A DNA stretch of 35,022 nt, from NCBI GenBank assembly GCA_010093815.1, contig ML996608.1; one strand, given 5' to 3'. Of the stretch, positions 1 to 11,799 are shown one piece after another. Source of the stretch: Pseudovirgaria hyperparasitica (Eukaryota). Both the position numbers and the translations under genes were made by a program. The notes beneath the pieces were generated by a model. The model worked only from the letters and a program-made list of their open reading frames with translations. It did not search any database and was not told where the DNA came from. Within the stretch, counting starts at the first letter, position 1. Every line of letters starts with the position of its first letter.

Positions 1-266
1 TCTAGAGGTCTAGAAGATTCCTATTATTAATTAAGAGAAGGATCTAGAATATATAAGAAGGAATATATAAGGAACGGTCTCTCTATATATTTAGTTCTCT
101 CTCTATCTAGTCTTTACTTTAAGAATTATACTATATTCTTATTATCTTTAAGCTATACTCCGCCGATCCGTTTATTATATAATAGTCTATTATGGCTAGA
201 TCCTATTATATAACTCTATTTAGATATATATTCCTTATATAAGGAATATTATATATCTATTTATAC
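1..266. repeat. End of an AT-rich, RIP-degenerated repeat block (family not identifiable)
   Basis: Extreme TpA excess and near absence of CpA/TpG. Abrupt switch to normal dinucleotide composition at ~266. Confidence 0.75.
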
Positions 267-321
267 CTGCCCTTTTCACAACGTTCATATCTGAAAACGA
301 GCCTGGGTACGTTTAGTAAAT

Positions 322-1566
322 CTACGGCTTCAAGATCAATTTTCCAGTTGTCTTCCTGCCCTCAAGATCCTGATGCGCCCTTGCAACTTCTGCCAACGGA
401 TAAGTATCGTGAACCCTCGGGTCCAAGTTATTATCTTGGATATACTTGAAGAGCTCCTGTACGTATCCGTCGTACTCCTGTCTCGTAACAATGTAATTGA
501 ACAGTGTAGGCCTCTGTACCTTGGCATTTTTCGCCGCCAGCCTGGCCAGCACCAACGGGTCTGGTGCTCCGGACGCGTTTCCAAATGATACTAACGTACC
601 CTTGCGCGCGATACTCTCCAGGCTATCGTCGAACGTTGACTTACCCACACCGTCAAACACAGCAATCACTCCCGCGCCATTCGTTACCTCTTTGACCTTT
701 TCGGGCACGGAGTCTTTCGTGTAGTCGATGAGCACTTCAGCACCATGACTTCGCGCAAGCTCGCGCTTCTCTGGCGTGCTGGCTGTCCCAATAGCGTGTG
801 CACCGACAGCCTTGAGCAGTTGACATAACCATAACCCAACGCCGCCAGCAGCAGCATGAACCAACACCCAGTCGCCTTTCTTCACGGGGTGACTCTCACG
901 AATAAGCGTGAGAGCCGTAACACCTTGAAGGAGGCTTGCTGCGGCAACCTCTTGCGAGATACCGGGGGGAATGACCGATGTATGCAATGAGGTGGCGATG
1001 GTGTATTCGGCGTACGCACCCGTACCGATATATATGACACGATCACCTATTTTCAGAGAGTGCAGATTACCGGAACCTGTGGATACAATAGTGCCGGAGG
1101 CTTCGCGGCCAAGAACATGAGGAAAAGATGGAGGTTTGTATAGTCCTGTGCGGAAGTAGCTGCGCAAAGTGAGGTTAGAAGATGGTGTCTGAAGTACTGT
1201 TTTTGGACATAGGACTGGTAATGCTTTGAATTTAGGAATTGCTAGAGTTGTCGCTAGACACATGCCCTACATCATGAAGTGGCGTGGGGAGACTTACGTG
1301 TCGATGTAGTTGACTCCGATGAAGTCATTCTTCACTAGTATTTCGCCTTCCTTCGGTTGTGGCACTGGAAGATCTGTCTTATACTGAAGTACCTCAGGCC
1401 CGCCGTTCTTTTCAATGATTACGCCCTTCATAGTCTTAGGGATCTCTTGTGAAGCCATTGCTCTTGCAAACGTGCGTGATGAAGACGATGTAAATTGAGT
1501 TCGCAGTATATCTAGACGAGATAACGTTGCAACTCGTGACTGCTTTAAGATTGAGCGACGAAACAT
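322..1566 (-). CDS. ZTA1: NADPH:quinone oxidoreductase, zeta-crystallin-like (MDR family); exons 1566-1298, 1159-322; ~368 aa
   Basis: Motifs GGPEVLQY, GVNYIDTYFRTGLY, VLVHAAAGGVG, DGVGK and GRKTTGKLIL. Intron 1160-1297 has a GTAAGT donor, CTAAC branch point and CAG acceptor, and joins IDT|YFR in frame. Second in-frame ATG at 1458. Confidence 0.93.
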
Positions 1567-2335
1567 GGGCTTATGAACGTTTCAACAGCGGCGAGGAGTT
1601 GCATCGACATGATTGCGTGATTGTCCACGGAATCATTCCATGGAGGGTTGCCGGATTGAGCTTTCTCCACTTTCCACTGGTCACGTCATAGCTCGCCGGA
1701 TACGGACCGCTGTCACGGAATAGAGTCCGAGTCGGAAGATACCATGACTCTGTTTTCAGGGTCATTGGTGAGAGTACCTCCATCTGCCTTGCATTTGTTT
1801 GACACGTTTTCCCCGTCCATTCTCTACTTCACCATCATGACCACGCTGCTTCCGAGGGGGATAGCAAGAATCTAACCACTTCAATAAGCTCCTCGAAGAT
1901 TCGATGGGCCCACATTCTCAACAAAGATGCATTTAACAGCGTAGACTACAATGAGGAATGAACGGGCCCATGAAACAGTACGAGAAAGGAGATATGATTT
2001 GCTATAAATGTTATACCTTGCTGAGTTTGATCGCCGCTGGGAGAATGTATTATCACGGAGTGCTACACATCCTACCCAGCATGCGTTGAGTTAAGCTGGA
2101 TATCTGTCTCATCAAGTGGCTTAGAAAGTGCATTTCTCAATCGTATCATATACACACCTACGGAGTTCAAATATAGTCTAGCAAAAGTTTCCATCGAGAA
2201 CACCTTTTGTCTCCAAGCTAGTCTCACCAGGTTATGGAATGTAGTGCATCGCCACATCGAATCGACTGGGACTAACGTCACCCATAGACAAGAAACGCCA
2301 TATACTCCTATGTCTCTCTTCAAAGCCCACTGCCA

Positions 2336-3489
2336 TTATTTGAGCACTTTTCCTTTCGCCTCTGAATCTGATAGTTCTCGGATGAAGACTTTGACGACAG
2401 AGCCTTCAATGTCCTCTTGGCCATCTTCGAAGCCAGAGCTCACAGCGACGGCGAGATACCGACCATCCTTCGAGAAGTCCAAGGCTGCTATACTGGCAGG
2501 ATACTTCTGATATTGCCGAATACGTCGTTTCGCAACGCCGTCCCATAACGCTACGACACCGTCTCCACCACCGGAAGCGAACGTGCCGTGTTTCGGATGA
2601 AAAGAGAGCGCATTGACGGGGTATACGACGTCTACACTATCAACAGTCTGTCTGTGGCACTTGAAAGCATACTTTCGTGCTTGCGATTCGGACGATGGGT
2701 CAAACCATTCCACAGCGACGCGACCTTCAATACTGCTGCTCGCGTAGCCAGCATCATTTGACATGCAGGATACTGCACGTGTCATAAACTTTAATGAGCT
2801 TTCCCGTGTTTGCCACGGCTCGACTTCAAGTAGATTTGGTGAAGGTTGGGATGATTGTGCAGCTGCCGTAGCAAGAGCATCAAGTTCGTAGATGTGTACC
2901 GCGCGAGTCGCCATAGCGACGACAACTTTTGTAGCTGTTAAGGAAATTGAGAATGCTTTACTGGGAAGCTGTATCGTATTTGGGACGTGGTCGGGTTGTG
3001 ATCGCAGATGAATATGCAGAGTCGAATCCCAGCCACCAGAGATGACCATGTCGTGCGCTGGGTCGTAGACCACAGCATTTGCGCCTGCGTCGTGACTACT
3101 GAGGACAGTCTGTTCACCTGTGGTCAAGTCGACTCTGAATACAACATTCCGGTCAGTTTGGTATGCCTGGGTCCTTAGTGGTGGCACTCACCTTCGTACA
3201 TCCCAATCCACGCCTACGGTGAAAGCCTCTTGATCGTCTTTTCCAAAGCACAAGTCTAGTACAGGGGCACGGTGCTCATACTTCTGCAGTATGCGGGCCG
3301 AATCTCCTTCAGAGGCATCATATAGGTATACATGCTTGTCCCATGAGGCAACTAGCAGCTTGGGAGAGCTGGACGCGAACTTCACGGCAGAGATGGCATC
3401 TTGAGGAGACTCTGAAAGCTCAAACTGATCTATGCAATGTTAGTTCCACCTAACTCTCGTTCCTGTGGGTCTACCTTACGTGAAGTCAT
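2336..3489 (-). CDS. BUB3: Spindle assembly checkpoint WD40 protein Bub3 (SldB); exons 3489-3480, 3429-3192, 3134-2336; ~348 aa
   Basis: Motifs DAISAVKF, LLVASWD, RESSLKFMTR, SSIEGRVAVEWFD, KYAFKCHR, VYPVNAL and GTFASGGGDG. Introns 3430-3479 (GTAAGG..CTAAC..TAG) and 3135-3191 (GTGAGT..CTGAC..CAG) preserve frame (1047 nt total). Confidence 0.95.
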
Positions 3490-3658
3490 TTTGGGTATGG
3501 CGAAGGCTTGGTCACCTCAAGCTTGCCCAGATCAGCCAGTCATTGTTTTGAAGCTGCGGGCAACTTCACGGCTTCACTTCCGCTCCGAAATTTTACCGAT
3601 GTCTGCTAATGGGTCATTATCATCCCAACCTAACTCAAAGCTTCACATATACCACTAA
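3490..3658. promoter_or_regulatory. Probable shared bidirectional promoter of BUB3 and GPN2
   Basis: Only 169 bp separate the two divergent start codons (3489 and 3659). Confidence 0.6.
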
Positions 3659-4845
3659 ATGCCTTTTGCACAACTCATCGTTGGACCACCTGGGTCTGGC
3701 AAAAGCACATATTGCGATGGTATGCACCAATTCATGTCCGCTATCGGGCGCAAATGCTCAGTCGTCAACCTCGACCCCGCCAACGATCATACCTCATATC
3801 CAGTCGCCCTGGACGTTCGAGATCTTGTCACACTGGATGAAATAATGAGAGACGAGGATTTAGGTCCAAATGGCGGTGTATTGTACGCATTGGAGGAGCT
3901 CGAGCACAATTTCAAGTGGCTAGAGGACGGCCTGAAGAGTCTCGGAGGTGAACCAGATAACGCACCTATCTTCAAAGGAACATAGCTGACGTAGCTATGA
4001 AGACGATTATGTACTTTTCGACTGCCCTGGGCAAGTGGAGCTATTCACACATCATGCATCACTGCGGAATATCTTCTTCCGCCTGCAGAAGATTGGGTAC
4101 AGAGTCCGCCCTCCCTCATATCCCTGATTCTTGCACGCAACCTGGCATGCAAGCTGACATTATTTCGTAGCTGGTAGTAATACACCTGACGGACTCTTTC
4201 GTACTCACGCAGCCCTCTCTATATATCGCAGCACTGCTCCTAGCCCTGCGTAGCATGCTGCAGATGGATCTTCCCCACCTTAACGTCTTGACCAAGGTCG
4301 ACAACCTGTCAAGCTATCCTCCGCTTCCATTCAGCCTAGATTTTTACACTGAAGTCCACGATCTCTCCTATCTTCTACCATTCTTGAACGCGGAACAAAG
4401 TGGACGCAATCCGTCTACCCAATCTCTTGGAGATACCGAACGGGGGCTTCCCGAATCCAGATACGCATCTCTAAACCGTGCGATCACATCGTTAGTGGAG
4501 GATTTTGCACTTGTCGGCTTCGAGACACTTGCCGTGGAAGATAAGAAATCAATGACGGTACTACTGCGTGCTATAGACCGTGCAGGGGGCTACGTGTTTG
4601 GTGGGACCGAGGGAGCGAATGATACAGTGTGGCAAGTAGCTATGAGACAAGACGCAGTTACGATGGATGCGAGAGACGTTCAAGAGCGATGGATAGATCG
4701 AAGGACGGAGTTCGATGAGGCAGAAAGAAGGGCATGGGAGGAGGAAGCAAAGGGCTGGGTCGGGGGACGTACAGAACATGGCAATGGGCGTTCTGAAGTT
4801 ACGAGTACGAATAATGGCATCAAAATTGTTAGGAAAGGGGGATGA
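3659..4845 (+). CDS. GPN2: GPN-loop GTPase 2; exons 3659-3947, 4003-4103, 4171-4845; ~354 aa
   Basis: P-loop GPPGSGKST, VVNLDPAN, LGPNGG (GPN loop), YVLFDCPGQVELFTHH and NVLTKVD. Introns 3948-4002 and 4104-4170 (both with CTGAC branch points) restore one 1065-nt frame. Confidence 0.93.
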
Positions 4846-5180
4846 ATTACGGTCCGGCGCACGACCGATTTCAATATGGCGCAAGCCCAGTCTCAAGAAG
4901 CTGGCAATTAAGCTACTTCTGATGTTGACATACGACTTAACATCGATGATAGTGGAGTGCGCTGGTCGCGATACTCAACCAATATCGGCGAAAGTCAGGT
5001 AAAAAAATGGCCGATAGCGCTGGCCAAGCTGGGAAAGCAAGACACGATATTATAGGAAAGAATGATCTATTATGTCTCCTAAAGAGGAATTACAAAGTCT
5101 ATGACTTAAGATGTAGCTTTCGGTCAAACTCCTGAACGCCTTCGCTCATATTCAATAACTCGCTAAATCCAATCACTGCT

Positions 5181-6184
5181 CTACACCAATTGCGCGTGGT
5201 CCATTGCATTCGCATCGTTCATAATAGGATCCTTGGACTCTTCCTGCGCTGTATCCCCGAAGGTCTCCTCCTCAGTCTTTACCGCGTATGAACCCCTTGC
5301 ACCATTCGGCACGTGGAAACGCAAATCGATCCGTAGAATCGCGAACATATACACAATTATAATCTCGATCCCAAAGTTAACCAGATAGAATGCTACCTTG
5401 TGGAAATAGTCTGGCAACGGCTCTCTCTGGCTCACCGGTGTCAAATAACTCGTTGCAGCTCGATAGCTCGCGCCCAGGCATGCCAATATCGAACTCGCGT
5501 ACAGAATCGCGATCTTCGTCCGGAAGCGTCCTGAGCCAAATTTGTCCGTGCGCTGTTTGCGCGGCAGCAGCAATGCTATCGTGAGCAGTGGGATCGGGTA
5601 GAAGCTGAAGAGCATGAAGAACGACTGGCCGTACATCTGGATGTCGCGGTCTATGCGACGCGTGTTCGTGCTCAAGGTGAAAAAGCTCTGCACTGTCGCA
5701 GTAATGACCATGACCAAGGACAAGACTATAAGTACGTAGTTCGACACCAGGAAGATCTTGAACCCTTTATGCCAGCCCCATGTCGGATGCATCGCGCGCA
5801 CCACCCTCTGCGTGAATAGGAGGTTTACGATGAATATGAGCAGCACGCCCGCGGCGACGAAGATCGAGGCTGCGATGGAGAGGTTAAGGTTGGTGGGAAG
5901 CGATGTCGAGGCGATGCGCAGCGTGGTGGTTGCGATGCGCGACATGCAGAAGCCAAAGAGAAGTACCGAGAAGATGAACTTGTGGCCGCGGCGACGGTTC
6001 AATTGGAATATTGTCATGTGCGTAGCGGCGCCGAGGATGAAGAGGACGAGGAAGACGGCGGTGATCGGTATGTCGACGTGCTTCACATTTGCGCCGCCGA
6101 GGGCCCAGTTTGTTGGGCGATATGGACCCTGAATATGTTAGACGAGTCTCATGACTTTTATGTTGTTATGCTTACACTTGACAT
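5181..6184 (-). CDS. Fungal multi-pass (~7 TM) membrane protein, DUF3112-like; exons 6184-6176, 6128-5181; ~318 aa
   Basis: Several hydrophobic helices. Motifs DIPITAVFLVLF..A.HM.IFQ.NRRRGHKF..S..LFGFCM.RI and RIDLRFHVPNG recalled as typical of this family. Micro-exon ATGTCAAGT, then intron 6129-6175 (GTAAGC..CTAAC..CAG) in frame. Confidence 0.8.
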
Positions 6185-7036
6185 TGTTGCACGACTTGGT
6201 TGCAGATGGGTACCGTGAAACGACACTCTTTGGTGCAGACAGGTTACAGGTCGCTGGGACGGTGTCTTCGCTATTTAGCACAGGTTGTGAAACTTGTACG
6301 ATGACGTGTTAGAGTGAGTGATGATGAGATAGATTGAAGTGAATCTATGAAAATGTGGTATGAAATGCAGTTCCTGCGTCATCTATATATCTCCTTGTAG
6401 GGCCGAGAGAAACGTCCGATAGATATACCTCAAAACCCCTTCTGGCGCGAGAGGCCGACGCCGTTAAGATTGTTGGTGTTGGCTAACGTCTCCATATGGG
6501 GAAGGAACGTGCTGGCCCATCGAAATCCACGTGCTAAACCCCGAAAAAACGATGAATGAGCATCGCTTTTGTAATACCAGCCAATAAGACGCCTTCGTTT
6601 GTGCAAAGAAGCGCCTCAGGCAGTAGTCTCGGCATCTGCGAGTAGCGAGCGCAGAGCCGACTCACCGACTTCTTAGTGCATCAGATGGCTAGATCGATCC
6701 TCAACTGTTCCCTAGTTATTTATGTGCGTGAGAAAAACGAACCCTTGCCGTCGGATCGGTGCTGTGCAGAGTTCCGTCGCGTAGCAATAATGACCACCCT
6801 ACGTAAATATATTTGTAAGCAGACATCATGTTCGATACAATGTGTCGGAGGACGAACGCCGAGACGGCAGAAACTTGCCGGATCCAATGCTATGATTGCA
6901 TTATAATTTGTGCATAACAGACGTATACTACCATGAAATGATAGATACGCGATTCAGATGGAAGATGTACGAGCATTAGAAATGGCGACAAGCGATGCCT
7001 GGGAACCGAATCCACGCTGGCCATTGAGCTGACAAT

Positions 7037-9074
7037 TCAGCCCTTGGAGAATTTGATAAATGGAGGGCGGAAGGGGATTGTTGGCAAGCTGCGTCCCTGA
7101 GATGTTGTTCCGAAAAGACTATTCACGCTGTGCGCTAAATTCGTAGTGCTTGAGTTGCTAGACGTTGCACGATGTGGCACTTGCGTCCGCGACCTCAGTT
7201 GGTTTTCTATCGGTGTATGTATTTGCGTAGAAGTCAGCTTCGTGTTATATTTTCTCGACCGGGTCGTCACGCAAGGTGGTCTTCGTGAGTCATGCGACTC
7301 GGGCTGTATCTGGGCCAGCGAAAAACACCGATTCTCACTATTGGATATGTGTACTACCATCCTCTATCAGCAGACAGTCTTGTCAAAGGTTGTGTCATAC
7401 ATACTTTGCGTTGACTTGGCTCGAGTATGAATCAATTCGTTTGTTTGGTGGGTGGGAACTATCGTATATTTCAGTCTTGATGTTGAACGAAGAAGCCATA
7501 AAAGAGAACCATGTATTGGCTGACTTACATCTGGAACCTATTCCTATGGTCGGCCGAAGGAGCTCAGTGCTCTTTGCGGTACATTGATATTCGGGGTCTG
7601 TTTACAAGTTACATATCAGCGAGGCAAGCGACAAACGTTAATGAGAAGATGGTAAGAATGGAAGATATATCAGGTTCATAGTCTCACTTGTTAGCACGTG
7701 GCGTAATTGCACTTGAAGTAGTACAGGTTCGGTTCTTTTGATGGTTGCCACCCCTGGCAAATCTATAGGCATTGAGCGCTCTTGATGAGCTATGGACTGC
7801 TCTTGACTGCTTGGGTAGCATTCATCATACACCTCCATCCATGCATCAGGTCTCCGCATGGATGGAATCTGACATGGACGCCATGGATAGTCAGATTGCG
7901 TGGTTTTGCTCCTTTCAGTGATCTCGCCCTGGAAAATATCATCATAACTGATCTCATCGTTCTCAATGTGAGATATTATAGAACTTGGACCAGAAGCACG
8001 ATCTTCGGAATCACTCATTTCCGACATGCTAGAATCCATGCTAGAATCCATGCTGCTTGGTGTGCCCGTACGTGCAGGAGCTGTGATTTGAGCGAGCTCG
8101 TAGTACACTTGGCTGTTCATGCGGGTGCGTCCCAAACCCACTCCGCTTTCAGTTGATACGTGCATCGGGCAGCCTTGGAGGTCAGTCTTTGCTACATAAT
8201 CCCTGCTGTGTTCTTTGAGATGTACGGAGCAACTGTAGGCCGGTCAACTTGTACCACTAGACATGGAGATTTTGCGAGTGGAATCTATCTATAGAGATAT
8301 CGCTGTAGAGCGAGAGACGTACCCTGGTTCTGGGGCCTCGTCAATCAAGACCAAAGTACTTTTCTTGGTCTGTTCATTGACAAGAGTCGCATGTGATGTT
8401 GGTCTTCCTCGAATTAGATGGAGGCATCTCGGAGCAGAAACTCTGACTCTCGAGTGGAAATGAGCCTTTGGTAGCGGGCCTATCCTAGTCTCAAGAGTCA
8501 AATCAGTATCCCTGAAAACGCGACTCAGCTTTGTCGGCTGCGCCCTAATACTCGAGCCCGCTGATAACTCACGCGACGAAAAGCCATCGTGTAAGCCCTG
8601 AAATAGTAACTTGTTGTGGGCTGGAGTAAAGCTTAAACGACGATATCGACAGCCATGATATCTTGGAATAGATTTGAGCCGAAAGCTAGTCTTCGCATTG
8701 CTCAGAAGTCGACCCGAAGTTCGAATGCCACTCTTTATGAACGACTTCTCAAAATCTTCAATGGGATCAAGATCAATAATAGCAGCTGAACAGGTGTCTT
8801 TTTCAAAAGTGAAGTCTGGGCCCGGGAGTGGTCTGAACGATAGAAGCGGTAATGTAGCAGTTGGTAATCGTTGCTTCTTTGTCCTCACTTGCGTCTGAGC
8901 CTCTTTGCTAGATACGTTACATTTTACGGTGTTTTTGAGAGAGGGGGGGTCGCCCTCTACGGCTGTGGCTAGAACAGAAGCTGCGGTGATTGGAGGGTTA
9001 CGCTGATCTTGACGACCGGATTTTGCACCTGCTTGGCGTGGCTCTAACATCGACACGGAGGGAGCTCTCAGCAT
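7037..9074 (-). CDS. Hypothetical Ser/Thr/Arg-rich protein, 5 exons (9074-8323, 8232-7688, 7597-7529, 7458-7405, 7353-7037), ~578 aa; true start may be upstream
   Basis: Four GT-AG introns (8233-8322 GTACGT..CAG; 7598-7687 GTGAGA..CAG; 7459-7528 GTAAGT..TAG; 7354-7404 GTATGT..TAG) join the three listed minus-strand ORFs into one stop-free 1737-nt frame. No recognisable domain. Confidence 0.6.
8025..8054. repeat. 12-bp tandem repeat (catgctagaatc x2.5) encoding SSMD-SSMD-SSM
   Basis: Directly visible; unit length keeps the frame of the hypothetical gene. Confidence 0.85.
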
Positions 9075-10919
9075 TAATGAGCTGGCAAGGACCAGCCTCT
9101 CGATTGAATATCTCAGGTGTCGGCGGGATGAATGTGCTTTAAAGCCACTTCCGTCGAGCTTCTTCGTTGTTGATAATAACGGAGCATGCGGCCACTATGC
9201 TGCTAAATGTTACGGACGCATACGTCACAAGCAGTATAACTGTGAGGCGCAATATGAAGCTTGATGAAAACAGTGGAGGAGTCTAAAGGCCAACCTGCAA
9301 CACGATGCTGCGTTTGATCTAGAGAACTGGAATGGTGATGTGAGCGGCTCAGCGGACACTGACCTTGAAACAAATGCGCGCGCCCTGAAGGTGAGATTTC
9401 TAGCTGCCTAAGACTTCGGAGTGAGGGCCAGATCTATATGATCGGATACGTCAGACAAGCAATGGTTATCGATTCAGACATGAAGGAGTAGAAGTTATTC
9501 CATGACAGAGAGCAGCGAAGTTCTAAGCATAGTCAGGTGACGTAATCGGACCTACCTTGGTAGTGGATCCGTATATCCATAGTTGCATGGGAAAGCTTGG
9601 CGCCCGATGTTCGCCGTGTCACCAACACACACGATTTAGTATAATCGACATTTTTATCTATTACCACTATATAATACTTATATAGTACTAAATATTACTA
9701 AATATTAGTTCTATATAATCCTTATTATATCTCTATAGCCTTTATATTACTTTATATTATCTATAATACCTCTAAAACTATAGAAAAAAAGTAGTTATAT
9801 AGAGATATTCTATTACGGGAATACGATATATACATAGATATAAGAGTATTTATAGAATATAGTAAGTTTAATAAGGGAGGAAGCCGGAGTCTACTTAGCT
9901 TCCTTAAGATATAGAATAGAGTATACTATTAAAAAGGGGCTTACTAAGCTTTATTAAGTAAGGAGAGAGTAGTAGTACGGGCGTAGTATACTAGCGTTAA
10001 GTATACCTAGAGTCTACCCTTAATATTACTCTCTCCCTCTACTTATTTATTACTAGAGTCTACTCTAGCTATAGACTACTTATAAGTAAGTATTATCTAG
10101 CTTATTTCTACTAACTTTCTAGAAAACCCTTAATAAAGCTACTCTTCTAGGCCTAGTTATTATAGTAGTAATTATTATTAGATTATAGTAATACTTATTA
10201 TTATATATAACGCCCTCTAATATAGGTCTTAGTAACTAGACTTAACGCTTACTATTAGATTATAGTATATATACCTTCTATTAAAAGAATCTATCTATTA
10301 AATCTATTATAAGTTATTTATAGAAGATAGTTTAACTTCTATATTAGTAGCTCCTTTTATATCTATATCTCTCTAGTACCGGGTAAATAGCTATCTATCT
10401 AAGAATAGCTTCCCGATATAGTAGTATCTATTATTACTCTAGTAGTAATAATTATTATTATAGAATAGTAGTAACCTCTATTACTACTATATATAGTACT
10501 CTCTATAAGCTAGACTACTTAGATTTAATATATATATTTGCGTAGTAAGTCTAGCGAAATTTTACTAGACTTACTATCCATGTATCTACTTTAATTTAGC
10601 CCTATACCTTCTTAGACTTTAGCCCTATACCTCCTTAGACCTTAGATCTATTATTAAGTATATAGAAGAAAGAGTTTAGTTCTTTAATTAAGGACTATTT
10701 TTATATTAATCTATCTCTTACTAGGTACTTCTTAGTTAATATAGTACCTATTATTGTATACGCTAGAACTATTTACTCGTCTATTAAGAGTATATAAATA
10801 AGGGTTATTTATATATTCCGGAGTCGCGCGTAAATAGATATTTATATATTATAGATATCTTATTTATAATATCCTATTCACGAAGGTCTATTTATAATTT
10901 TAAGGGTTCTAAGTATAAA

Positions 10920-11725
10920 GGTATAGTTTCTCTTCTATTTTTCTAGACCTTAATAATCTTATCTCTCTCTATTATAAGATTAGATTCTCCTTCCTTATCT
11001 AGTTAGAGTCTAGTTACTAATATTTAGGTTTTATAGATAAATAATATTATCTACTACTAGGGCTATACCCTAGCTAGTAAAGACTACGCTAACTAAGCGG
11101 TAAGTATTAGACTCTATATTATTTATATTAGACTCTACTAATTTACTTAGTTAAACCGAAGTTACTTCTACGCTTATTATACTCTAAGAAGAGTAAATTA
11201 CTAGAATCTATAAGCTAACTTAGGAACCCTTATTATAATAACCGCTAACTAAGTATTTTAGGCCGGAGATCGCTTATATTACTTATATAGTATAGACTTA
11301 GTTAGCTAATACTAGGGCGTAAGTTCTTTTCCCCTCTAGTTCTATGTTTTAATACCCGACTAATAGTTAGTTTAGACTAGATATCTATAAGGACCTCGTC
11401 TAGGTTCTAAAAGCTATAAAGGCTTTATAGTCTTTATAAGTAGCTAGTCTACTTCCTATATAAGACTATTTAGACTCTCTAGATAAATAATTACTAACTA
11501 TACTTTTAGTACTATTGCCTTCTAGATAACTACCTAGGTAACTAATATAGTAGTCTAGTAGAGTTAAATATAAGTTTAATTCTAGACTCTAGTTAAATTC
11601 TCTTACTAACCTTCTATTATAGTATAGGCGGTATTTCTCTAGTATTAGTATTAGAGCCCTATTAGGCTAACCCGTAGGCCTATTAGAATATACTAGCCTC
11701 TAGGCCTTTTCCTTTAGTATTTAGT
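10920..11725 (+). pseudogene. RIP-degenerated intron-rich gene relic, antisense and convergent to element C pol
   Basis: Six intron-shaped units: 10974-11036, 11100-11150, 11210-11261, 11319-11370, 11460-11509, 11538-11622. Each has a GTAAG/GTAAC (or RIPed T|ATAAG) donor, CTAAY branch point and TAG acceptor. Exon phases chain into one protein-like frame. Confidence 0.55.
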
Positions 11726-11799
11726 TCTCTCTCTCTTTTTTTTTATTCTTTTCTTTCTTATAGAATAAATTTCTTTTCTATTCTCTCTTAAGACTATAT

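Noticed and set aside
1160..1263. N-terminus MCLATTLAIPK.. of the listed 313-aa ORF
   Set aside because: It lies inside the 1160-1297 intron; the real N-terminus is the upstream exon.
336..8898. Numerous short overlapping or antisense ORFs in the gene island (e.g. 497-724, 2244-2510, 4561-4896, 5758-6132, 6676-6906, 7146-7430, 7782-8156)
   Set aside because: They are shadows of real genes or chance intergenic ORFs, with no motifs or splice support.
1680..9550. ATF/CREB-like words (CACGTCA ~1682, TGACGTAA ~9538) upstream of genes
   Set aside because: Single short matches are expected by chance, and there is no comparative support.
11725..11790. Pyrimidine run as PPT marking element C's 3' LTR
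   Set aside because: No convincing TGT start follows and no partner LTR is in the window. Left unresolved rather than annotated.
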